Shown here piece after piece: positions 55,849 to 64,000 of a DNA stretch of 64,000 nt. The stretch is from positions 124,001 through 188,000 of IMG/VR virus record IMGVR_UViG_3300027621_000003. One strand, 5' to 3'. The notes under the pieces are model-generated. The model was given only the letters and a program-made list of their open reading frames with translations. It did no database searches and had not been told where the DNA came from. The position numbers and the translations under genes were made by a program. How positions within the stretch are numbered: the stretch's first letter is position 1; the number at the start of each line of letters is the position of its first letter.

Positions 55849-55885
55849 ACAAAAAACCCCACCTTTTGAGTGGGGTTTTTAATTT

Positions 55886-56530
55886 TTATTTTGTTACTTT
55901 TTTATAATGTTTTGTTGAATCCGCATCAGGTATAATTGTTCCTACAGGATAAGTTGCTCCGACAGGTGCTTGAGTTACGGATGTTTCACCTGGTAACGCT
56001 CTAACTGATTGACGTAATGGTAATGCCAATTCATTAATTGGACCATAACATTTTGCCAATGTTACACCATTAACTTTTTCTGCCAATATCTTACATGGCA
56101 TACACCACATATTACTCATACCACCACCTGGTTTTTCTGTGATTGTAAATGTTCTGTTTTCCGTTGGTAGATTTACCCAAGTTGGTGCTTGAGGAACACT
56201 ATCATAATACCAAAAGTATGACCATACAGTCTTGTTTGTACTATCAGGAGTGGTATAAGGGTCACCAACCAGTAATGTGTTAACAAGAGCAGTTCCTTCC
56301 ATTACAGGACACGTGGCACATCCTTCAAGAAACGTATCACCTTGAACAACAATCTTGTTTCCTGTTAACGTTGCTGGTGATGCTCCACAGAAGGCAAACT
56401 TACCGTGAAATAATTGTAATGCACGTTGGTGCGTAAATTCTTCTTTACTCTCTTCTTTTTTTCCATTATCACAAGAGGTCATCGCTACGATTGTGAATAA
56501 TGCAATTAATGATAATAATATTTTTTTCAT
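55886..56530 (-). CDS. Cys-rich lipoprotein
   Basis: Signal peptide with MTSC lipobox. Confidence 0.65.
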   Translation of the reverse strand: MKKILLSLIALFTIVAMTSCDNGKKEESKEEFTHQRALQLFHGKFAFCGASPATLTGNKIVVQGDTFLEGCATCPVMEGTALVNTLLVGDPYTTPDSTNKTVWSYFWYYDSVPQAPTWVNLPTENRTFTITEKPGGGMSNMWCMPCKILAEKVNGVTLAKCYGPINELALPLRQSVRALPGETSVTQAPVGATYPVGTIIPDADSTKHYKKVTK

Positions 56531-56566
56531 GTTTTTTTTAATAAATATAGTCTTTACAACTGAAGG

Positions 56567-57370
56567 TTAAACAAAATCAAGTTCAAAAGAATCTTTGTTA
56601 TAACCGTACTTCTCAAATAAATCTTTCATAAATTTTTCAAACTGAGTTCTTACTTCCCAATACCTATTCATCCTTCTGTTTCTTGGGCTAATAATTGAAA
56701 TTTTTAATTTATCATTAGTAATTTTAATTGACATACGTTGAATATACTCATTAAATATAGATTCTTTAATTTCCTTTTTAATCTTTTTATTCATGACATT
56801 TGTAATCCATTCGTCACCATTCATAACATTGGTGCCATAACCGTTCATATTTAATTTACCATGAGCTGGCGAACCAAATTCAACACCAAGAAACTTTTGA
56901 ATATTAATTCTTAGATTAGCTTGAAATTCATTGGCTTGTCTTTTTTCTTCATTTGAAAGTTTTAACCAATCTTCTGTATCAATGTTAACGCGAACATAAA
57001 CTTCATTTGGTTTTTCTTCACCAATAGTTATCTTATATTTTGGATTGATTTTTATTCTTGATATAATTTTTGACAGGGGATTTGCGTATTTTTCGGTAAA
57101 CTTTTCTTCAGGTCTGAATGTTTCAAATTCAATGGCACCTTTTTGAATAAGTTGTTGAGTAAGTGGAATAATTTTATTTGGGTAATACCTTGAAGTATCT
57201 AATTCGTATTTTTCAATAATTTCATCTCTAAGACCTTTATCCAAGTAACTAATTGGTAATTTCTTTGAGAAGTTTTTACCAGTCTCATCGGCATAAAATC
57301 TTAAAAACTGATTCCAATAATCTTGATAATCTTCAGTTGTTAAATGTGATAAGTCTATTTCGTTAGCCAT
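56567..57370 (-). CDS. hypothetical protein
   Basis: 267 aa, TATTTAT upstream. Confidence 0.6.
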   Translation of the reverse strand: MANEIDLSHLTTEDYQDYWNQFLRFYADETGKNFSKKLPISYLDKGLRDEIIEKYELDTSRYYPNKIIPLTQQLIQKGAIEFETFRPEEKFTEKYANPLSKIISRIKINPKYKITIGEEKPNEVYVRVNIDTEDWLKLSNEEKRQANEFQANLRINIQKFLGVEFGSPAHGKLNMNGYGTNVMNGDEWITNVMNKKIKKEIKESIFNEYIQRMSIKITNDKLKISIISPRNRRMNRYWEVRTQFEKFMKDLFEKYGYNKDSFELDFV

Positions 57371-57515
57371 TAGTTATAAATACAAAGATAAACAAAAAAC
57401 CCCACCTTATGGATGGGGTTTTAATTATTTTAATTTGACATTTAATTATCTAGTTGTTATTCCCTACCTTGTATTTCCTGTAAATCTGCCTCCAGTGGCG
57501 CATTATTAATTACCG

Positions 57516-58211
57516 TTATCTCAGCCTTCGGGAACTGCCGTGGGTCGTATTATAGATTGTCCCCGGAGGTGGAGGTGTTGGAGCTTGAGGTCTTGTTTGA
57601 GTTGTTGTTTGTTGTTGAAGTTTTTTAGATATTTCCTGTTGCGATTTAAGAATCATATCTCTTAATGGTCTCATTATTTCAACCCATTCATTTTCTGCGT
57701 CAAAATCACCATCCAATGCTGTATATAAATCTTCACCATAACTATCTTTATATGATTTAACTACACCACAAAATTCAGCAATACTTCTTGTAGCTTTAAG
57801 TGACCTATAAACATTATCTTCATTAGTACCAGCCCCTGATATGGCCCTATAAATATTATCAGCAATTAGGTTTGTATTTGAAGTTACCGGAAATTTATTA
57901 CCACAATTGTTAATAATTTTTTGTACTTTTTTACTTGCGGCATCACTACCATTCATGATTGATAGGACTAAAGCTCCAATTGCACCGGCAGTACCACCAG
58001 CCGCAGCACCAACTAATGTCCCAACAAGAGGTACTACAGAACCAGCCGCAGCTCCAGCTCCAGCTCCAGCTAATGCTCCAGCTCCAGCTCCAGCTAATGC
58101 TCCAGCACCAACGGTTGTTTGTTCTTTTAGATAATGTTTATTGGTTGCGGATGTATGCATTTCCAATATTCTATTTTTTTCTTCTTCAGATATATTTAAT
58201 AAATTTTTCAT
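57516..58211 (-). CDS. glycine-zipper plus annexin-like repeat protein
   Basis: GAGA-rich TM; AISGAGTNEDNVY...YKDSYGEDLYTALDGD annexin signature. Confidence 0.6.
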   Translation of the reverse strand: MKNLLNISEEEKNRILEMHTSATNKHYLKEQTTVGAGALAGAGAGALAGAGAGAAAGSVVPLVGTLVGAAAGGTAGAIGALVLSIMNGSDAASKKVQKIINNCGNKFPVTSNTNLIADNIYRAISGAGTNEDNVYRSLKATRSIAEFCGVVKSYKDSYGEDLYTALDGDFDAENEWVEIMRPLRDMILKSQQEISKKLQQQTTTQTRPQAPTPPPPGTIYNTTHGSSRRLR

Positions 58212-58258
58212 AATAATGTTTAATAATAAATACAACGACAGTTAAAAAAGTTTTTTAT

Positions 58259-58549
58259 TTAATTTTGGTTCTCTTCCCAAAATTCACGAATCTTATCACC
58301 AAGAAGATGTATTAATATTTTCTCGTATGTTGGAATCTCTTCGTAATCCGTGTGAGGAAAAATATCATACATCATTATGTCAATCACATAATTAACAAAA
58401 TCTTCCACATCATTGTATTCATCGGCTTCCAAACTCATACCGTTATTCATCATAACATCATACATGAGTTCCTGTAGACCATCCAACCTTCTTTTCAAAG
58501 GTGTAGGGATAATCATATCAAGTTGTGATTCACTAATTATGTATCTCAT
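58259..58549 (-). CDS. hypothetical protein (MRYIISESQ tag; LxRR family)
   Basis: Paralogous to 58551..58844 and 62306..62578. Confidence 0.6.
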   Translation of the reverse strand: MRYIISESQLDMIIPTPLKRRLDGLQELMYDVMMNNGMSLEADEYNDVEDFVNYVIDIMMYDIFPHTDYEEIPTYEKILIHLLGDKIREFWEENQN

Positions 58550-58550
58550 A

Positions 58551-58844
58551 TTATTGGCAATTTCTGTTATTATATTTTTCAGTTAAATCAACATAAACCA
58601 TATCAAAGATAACATTATACAATAAATCAACATAAAAATTATTATTTAAATAATATTCAGGATGAAGACCATCCGTAGTGTAATGTATCACCATGTTGAT
58701 ATACCTTTCACTGTCATCATAATTACAAGGATTAATTTCTCTAAGTGACTGATTATATTCATTCATGAACAACTCTTGTCTTCTTAAGAGCCATTGTTTC
58801 ATTTTTAATTTATTATGTTGCGATTCCGTTACAATAATCTTCAT
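58551..58844 (-). CDS. hypothetical protein (MKIIVTESQ tag; LRR...PC.Y family)
   Basis: 97-aa ORF. Confidence 0.6.
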   Translation of the reverse strand: MKIIVTESQHNKLKMKQWLLRRQELFMNEYNQSLREINPCNYDDSERYINMVIHYTTDGLHPEYYLNNNFYVDLLYNVIFDMVYVDLTEKYNNRNCQ

Positions 58845-59027
58845 TACTTATAAATACAAAGATAAATAAAAAACCCCCAACATAAGATGGGGGTTTAAAA
58901 ATTACTTGTTAGATTCTTTGGCCTTATTCAGAACCTCGTTGTTCTGTTTAATTCTTAAGGCAAATTTCTTACTCATTTTTCTACATCTTGAATACGTACA
59001 TTTTGAACTTTTCATAATGAATAAATA

Positions 59028-59993
59028 CTATATTTTTGATATTTGTTTTTGTAAGTTCATTATGGGTTCAATTACTTTTGTATCTACAAATTGTTCTTGC
59101 CAAGATTTTATGTGTCCTTCACCTATAAAATAAATTCCACAAACTAAATTGTTTTTAATGTATTCTCTTCTTCTTTTTGTTGCGGTTTCCGCCATGTTAG
59201 TCAATAAATTTTTACCATCTTGGTAACCAAAATTGTCTTTCTTTGAATCAAAATTTCCCCACATAATATCAAACCCACTTTGAATAAATTTTCTTATATT
59301 TTCAGGTGTTGGCTCACTTTGTAGTAATGACATTATATTTTGTGTGTTGGGTGTATTTTTTATTTGTTCAATAAACCATTTTTTATCATTATCATTAAAA
59401 GATAAACTACCATCCCAAAATAACTTTGACCCATCACCAAAAATAATTAAGTCATAAATTGAATTTATTTTCTGACCATTATTTTTTAATATGGAAAGTT
59501 GGTCTAATAAAATTTTATCTTGGTTGATTCCATCTAACTTTGCTTTAGTTTTTTCATCTACCGCATTCCCATTAGAAAAAAAAGTATACATAAAATACTT
59601 TTTGTCGGGTTGGTCATTATTTATCTTTGGTTCGTAACTTCCCTTCTCCTCAATACCATTTAACTTTAATTCTTCTTTGAAAAATCTCTCGATGTTCTTC
59701 AGGTCGTCTCCGCCTACACCCTCATAATAATACCCACAGTTTGTTGCAACTTCTTTTATATCATTAATAATTGAAGGGTCTATATCATCAAGTTCTAAGT
59801 ATACAGGGTTTTTTTCATCAAAATGTGTGACACCAATTATAAAACTATTAAGTTTTTTTCCTTCTTGTCCTTCTTGATAAGGTTGTTTAATCACAACTCC
59901 GTGATTAGTTCCTTTTACTGCAGGTTCATTTTCATCTTCTATAAGAAGACCCATCATTTCTTTAATCCTATGTATATTTTCTTGTAAGTTCAT
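59028..59993 (-). CDS. hypothetical protein (MNLQENIHRIKEMMG tag)
   Basis: 321 aa; GVTH, YEG and R...GEGH pattern reminiscent of TraB/GumN. Confidence 0.55.
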   Translation of the reverse strand: MNLQENIHRIKEMMGLLIEDENEPAVKGTNHGVVIKQPYQEGQEGKKLNSFIIGVTHFDEKNPVYLELDDIDPSIINDIKEVATNCGYYYEGVGGDDLKNIERFFKEELKLNGIEEKGSYEPKINNDQPDKKYFMYTFFSNGNAVDEKTKAKLDGINQDKILLDQLSILKNNGQKINSIYDLIIFGDGSKLFWDGSLSFNDNDKKWFIEQIKNTPNTQNIMSLLQSEPTPENIRKFIQSGFDIMWGNFDSKKDNFGYQDGKNLLTNMAETATKRRREYIKNNLVCGIYFIGEGHIKSWQEQFVDTKVIEPIMNLQKQISKI

Positions 59994-60499
59994 ATTAAAT
60001 TTCTGTGGTAATCTATTAATTCTTTATATGTACGCGGAAATAAATCTTTAAAGTCATCAAAACCATCTGTAACATCAACCCAATTATTTTTATTACCGTA
60101 TATATGTTTAATTATTTTTTTATCATCTTTATTTTGTAAATCAAAAACACTTCTATTAAAATTCGTTTTAATGTTATAATCCTGGTAATTATTATACATC
60201 CACGGGTCAATAATGTATCTATCGTTCATTATCGCAAAATGATGTCCTTCATCACCTTCTTCATCTGAAAAGTATACTGTATCAGGATTTTTATCTATAC
60301 TAAAACCATAAATTTTAACATCATCCCCCTCTAACATTTTTACAGCAGATGCAACATATGAACAAATAAACGAACTTCCATCTTTTTCTATCGCATTTTC
60401 AATCTCTTTAACAAATTTGGGGTCATCATAGATATATGGATTTTTACTACCTATCCCCATCATTTCTTTAATCCTATATATGTTCTCTTGTAAGTTCAT
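59990..60499 (-). CDS. hypothetical protein (MNLQENIYRIKEMMG tag), transglutaminase-like C-H-D
   Basis: ICSYVA...GHHFA...YIIDPW. Confidence 0.55.
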   Translation of the reverse strand: MNLQENIYRIKEMMGIGSKNPYIYDDPKFVKEIENAIEKDGSSFICSYVASAVKMLEGDDVKIYGFSIDKNPDTVYFSDEEGDEGHHFAIMNDRYIIDPWMYNNYQDYNIKTNFNRSVFDLQNKDDKKIIKHIYGNKNNWVDVTDGFDDFKDLFPRTYKELIDYHRNLI

Positions 60500-60924
60500 T
60501 GTTCAAAATAAATATCACCACCAACTTTATTTATCATTTGTTTTATTTGAAGCCATTTATTGGACATTGGAGTGTTAGTTAAAAACAAATCACCGCCAAC
60601 GTAAGTTAAATTTTCAAGGGATTCAACTGGAGTTCCATCCAAATCCAAATTACCACCAACTGAAGTTAGACTACCAAGTGATTTGAGTGGTGTATCATAG
60701 GCGTATATATCACCTTCTACTGAAACAAGGTTTCCAAGAGATTCAACTTTTAGACCAACCAAATTTAAGTTTCCACCTAAAGAATATGGTGGGTTTCCTT
60801 TTGATTCCAAAAATTTCTGCAATCCATCCCAGTCACCAAATAATTTTACACCAGGAATTTGAAGAACCTTTTGTTCCTCCTCAAATAATCTTTTGTGTTG
60901 AGATTCAGATATTATAATCTTCAT
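60496..60924 (-). CDS. leucine-rich-repeat-like protein, tandem paralog A
   Basis: SLGNL..VGG.L repeats; MKIIISESQHKRLFEE tag. Confidence 0.7.
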   Translation of the reverse strand: MKIIISESQHKRLFEEEQKVLQIPGVKLFGDWDGLQKFLESKGNPPYSLGGNLNLVGLKVESLGNLVSVEGDIYAYDTPLKSLGSLTSVGGNLDLDGTPVESLENLTYVGGDLFLTNTPMSNKWLQIKQMINKVGGDIYFEQ

Positions 60925-60927
60925 ATA

Positions 60928-61380
60928 TTAATATAAAATGTTTCCTTGAACATAAACCTTATGGCTTATCGTATCTTCCATCCTTTGCTTTGAACGTGGG
61001 GATGCATCTTTAGGAAAGAGTGGAGTACCTTTCAAAACCAAACTACCACCAACAAAAGATAAGTTCCCAAGGGATTCAATTTGAGTATTACTTATATCCA
61101 TTAAACCACCAACTGAAGTTAGACTACCAAGAGATTTAAGTGGAGTATCATAAGCATATAAATCATGTTGGACTGAAACAAGGTTTCCAAGAGATTCAAC
61201 TTCCAAACCAACCAAATTTAAGTTTCCACCCAAAGAATATAATGGATTTCCTTTTGATTCCAAAAACCTTTGCAGATTATCCCAGTCATCACCAAATATT
61301 CTAATATCAGGAATGTGAAGAACCTTTTGTTCTTCCTCAAATAATCGTCTATGCTGAGATTCAGATATAATAATCTTCAT
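60928..61380 (-). CDS. leucine-rich-repeat-like protein, tandem paralog B
   Basis: Highly similar to 60496..60924. Confidence 0.7.
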   Translation of the reverse strand: MKIIISESQHRRLFEEEQKVLHIPDIRIFGDDWDNLQRFLESKGNPLYSLGGNLNLVGLEVESLGNLVSVQHDLYAYDTPLKSLGSLTSVGGLMDISNTQIESLGNLSFVGGSLVLKGTPLFPKDASPRSKQRMEDTISHKVYVQGNILY

Positions 61381-61536
61381 TACAAATAAATATAACCAAA
61401 CCCACCTTTTTTAAGATGGATATAATTAGGGGGACAATATAACACCCGAAGGGTTCGGGAGGTCAGAGAACCGTCCGAAGGACGGGTGGACGGGGTCAGA
61501 AAAAGGGGGTGGGGGGATTTTATTTGGTTTCCGGCA

Positions 61537-62061
61537 TCATTCATATATTCCAACAAACAAACAATGATAAGCGGTAATACCATAATTAAAATAAATTGTG
61601 TTATTTAACATATTCTCAACGCAACCCTCAATTTGTCCATATAAAGTTTCAAGGTCTTCGTAGTCATTCAAATCAACAGAGCCATGATATTCATTATTAA
61701 ATACAGGTGAATCATTTTTGATGGAAAAATTTACATCATAACTATACCATTCCTCTACATCACCAGAACCATCAACAAGAACGATTTTACGAGGAACAAA
61801 AACAATACTATCAAGTCTTAAAGTAAACTCATCACCATCACATTCATGGTAGTTTTCAATCAAAGTCCTAACTTGTTCTTCAACTTCATCAAAGTTAAAA
61901 TTACGATATTCAAAAAGATATTTGGCAGTTTCATATTCAGATAAAGAAAAGTATTTTCCCATCTCAATAGATGGACCATTTTTATCCCAATACTTAAACA
62001 AGTAATCTTTTACAGAATTTTTTGATTCTTCCCTTAAGACCCTTTTGATTAGTTCCTTCAT
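61537..62061 (-). CDS. hypothetical protein (MKELIKRVLREE tag)
   Basis: 174-aa ORF. Confidence 0.6.
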   Translation of the reverse strand: MKELIKRVLREESKNSVKDYLFKYWDKNGPSIEMGKYFSLSEYETAKYLFEYRNFNFDEVEEQVRTLIENYHECDGDEFTLRLDSIVFVPRKIVLVDGSGDVEEWYSYDVNFSIKNDSPVFNNEYHGSVDLNDYEDLETLYGQIEGCVENMLNNTIYFNYGITAYHCLFVGIYE

Positions 62062-62074
62062 ATCAATAAATACC

Positions 62075-62248
62075 TTACATTACAAAACTATCTTCCAATA
62101 ATTTAGTTACCCGTTTAATATGTCCCAAATGAACACCCCTATCTCCACCCATACGTTCCCTCATTTTCTTTTCAACATACATCTTCTCAATTTTGTCTGT
62201 ATATACACGATACTCCGACATCATCTGAATTACGGTCTTTGTTTCCAT
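62075..62248 (-). CDS. small hypothetical protein (57 aa)
   Basis: Hand-translated METKTVIQMMSEY...; TATCTTTG promoter. Confidence 0.45.
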   Translation of the reverse strand: METKTVIQMMSEYRVYTDKIEKMYVEKKMRERMGGDRGVHLGHIKRVTKLLEDSFVM

Positions 62249-62305
62249 ATTACAAAGATACTAAATTAATGGGAAATAAAAAACCCCTCGGTAATGGAGG
62301 GGTTG

Positions 62306-62578
62306 TTAACAATCTTCTTGGGAATTAATATAATATTGAATGATATAATCTTTTAGGTTTTGTTTTACAAAATCAATAACCTCTTCAGGTTGAATCCTTT
62401 TAATACCCTCTAAATCTAAAAAGGTTTCCAATTCATAAATTACCCCAATATAAAAATAAGATTCATTTGAATAATCACAGGGGTACATATTATCCAATAC
62501 AACATCCAATACTTTTTTAATATAATAAAACCTTCTTCTTAATGACGTGTTCTGTTCCTCAGTGATAATGATTTTCAT
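62306..62578 (-). CDS. hypothetical protein (MKIIITEEQ tag)
   Basis: LRRR...PCDY family. Confidence 0.6.
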   Translation of the reverse strand: MKIIITEEQNTSLRRRFYYIKKVLDVVLDNMYPCDYSNESYFYIGVIYELETFLDLEGIKRIQPEEVIDFVKQNLKDYIIQYYINSQEDC

Positions 62579-62610
62579 ATTCCATAAATATACGGGAGGG
62601 TAAAATAGGA

Positions 62611-62671
62611 AAATTTTCCCAAAAATTCTATTTCACATATAGGGTATCTTCATAAGAAGGGGGGTCATGTT
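62611..62671. repeat. about 60-bp intergenic direct repeat (copy 2 at 63483..63544)
   Basis: aaaaattctatttcacatataggg..ta.cttcataagaaggggggtcatgtt. Confidence 0.8.
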
Positions 62672-62728
62672 TATAGGAAATAAAAAACCCCTCTGTTGGG
62701 AGGGGTTCCAAGTATTTTTTTAAATGTA

Positions 62729-63427
62729 TTACCCACAAGGTACTACACTATCTTTAACCGTACTGGCAAACCAGTTAATTTGTAATGTATCATCTTTACG
62801 TTGAATTATTTTATCAAAAGGAATTTTTACACAAACGTTATAAAGAAACTTTTGTTGAGGATATTTTTCGGTGCCTGCTTCATAAGAGTCCACATCATAA
62901 TACTCTATTGATTCTGCTTTGATAATAATACCATCTTTGTCTTTACGGATAACTTTAGCACCCTCGATGTCTACGAACAACTCTCTTTTATCTCCCATTG
63001 TACTTGAATAAGTATATGACCTACCAATAATCATTTGTCTATTAGTGATAAGACGAATTACCGTACCAGGATTGTACATTGAATTTTGTTTCTGAGACTC
63101 ATCTTCTTGTTGATTAACCAATTTCATTATCAAATTATAATCAATATGATATTCATTCTGTAACCATTGGTCCAAGTTTTGACCATCTTGAACACCAAAT
63201 GCTTTTTTAACCCCTTCCCAATCCTGCTTGTTATTAATTCTGTTTACTATAGTTTGTTGAATGTTTTTTGCGGCGTCGCTTGTAACATTTAACCCCGTCA
63301 TCAATTCTTTGAAATAATCAGCAATTTCTTTGTAGTCTTGTGGGGTAAGTTTTTTGGCTTGTTCACTAATTACTCTTCTAACAATTCTTGTTAAATCTGA
63401 TTCTGTTAATCTTATAATTTTTTTCAT
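62729..63427 (-). CDS. hypothetical protein (MKKIIRLTESDLTRIVRRVISE tag)
   Basis: Tag shared with 2952..3557 and 46758..47561. Confidence 0.65.
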   Translation of the reverse strand: MKKIIRLTESDLTRIVRRVISEQAKKLTPQDYKEIADYFKELMTGLNVTSDAAKNIQQTIVNRINNKQDWEGVKKAFGVQDGQNLDQWLQNEYHIDYNLIMKLVNQQEDESQKQNSMYNPGTVIRLITNRQMIIGRSYTYSSTMGDKRELFVDIEGAKVIRKDKDGIIIKAESIEYYDVDSYEAGTEKYPQQKFLYNVCVKIPFDKIIQRKDDTLQINWFASTVKDSVVPCG

Positions 63428-63669
63428 ATTAATTTTCTTTAGTTATAAATATATTAAAAAGAGAAAAGGAGTATTTTTCCCAAAATTTTCCAAAAATTCT
63501 ATTTCACATATAGGGGGTACCTTCATAAGAAGGGGGGTCATGTTCCCGAACGGTATTTTTTATAACCATATGTCCCCCACCCATATAATATATTCCCGAA
63601 CGGGAAACAATTCAGGGATGGGCAATAAAAAACCCCTCTTTATGGGAGGGGGTCTTTAAATTAGTTTTA

Positions 63670-64000
63670 TTAATTATCAGGAGTAATCGGCATCGGTAAA
63701 TCAATTCCGATTTTTTTATCAGGAAGTACCTCACCCACCTTACTAAAGAATTTAGATGATGCCTTTTGAAAGTCTTGGTCATATACTTGAGCCAATATCT
63801 TCCCTGTTGTAATGTCAGTTAATTTAACGTAGGTTGCAAATACGTCTTTCCAAACACAAACCATGTATGGGGTTTTAGTCCCCGTCCCACCTGTTCCTGT
63901 ATTACTATTACATAAAGGATTCTCAGATGTTCCTTGTTGTTTTTGAGGTGTAGACTGTTCCACTAAGTATCTACCCTCTAATCTCTTGTTTGCGTCTTCC
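63670..64000 (-). CDS. hypothetical protein (5'-truncated by window end)
   Basis: Frame stays open upstream of GTG 63963 (…EDANKRLEGRYLVEQ…). Confidence 0.5.
   Translation of the reverse strand, partial: EDANKRLEGRYLVEQSTPQKQQGTSENPLCNSNTGTGGTGTKTPYMVCVWKDVFATYVKLTDITTGKILAQVYDQDFQKASSKFFSKVGEVLPDKKIGIDLPMPITPDN

Noticed and set aside
61380-61583. 67-aa ORF across the GC-rich island
   Set aside because: Atypical composition, overlaps the neighbouring gene, and is better explained as a structured non-coding element.
1-64000. Bacterial chromosome origin of the window
   Set aside because: Housekeeping-like genes are isolated among mostly hypothetical short ORFs. Most tRNAs lack CCA and are divergent, lysins are present, and there are no rRNA or ribosomal-protein operons.

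Overview
This is a 64-kb, AT-rich, densely coded segment of a large (jumbo-type, probably T4-like) bacteriophage that infects a Bacteroidota host. The host call rests on many TAnnTTTG (-7) promoters a few nt upstream of start codons, no obvious Shine-Dalgarno signals, and rrn-type boxA motifs. No capsid, terminase or polymerase gene lies in the window. It holds 28 tRNA genes covering all 20 amino acids (including rare Gly-ACC and Ile-UAU), one tRNA-like RNA with no proper anticodon loop, a tmRNA, and several unexplained structured RNAs. Auxiliary genes include clpP, a Bpt/ATE-like transferase, ppk2, iscU-paaA-iscA, an aminotransferase, a thioesterase and RNA-repair-type phosphatases. There are several peptidoglycan hydrolases and dozens of hypothetical proteins that share a TATTTAT upstream motif and an N-terminal (I/L)xE-rich tag. 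Top finding: each of the two large tRNA operons is preceded by an unannotated leader peptide, an antiterminator/terminator pair and an identical 21-bp boxA element. Each leader's codons match the tRNAs downstream; in operon 2, codons 2-24 use exactly the 12 amino acids of its 12 tRNAs. This suggests ribosome-mediated attenuators that sense loss of host tRNAs and switch on the matching phage tRNAs. All protein calls come from motif recognition, not database searches.
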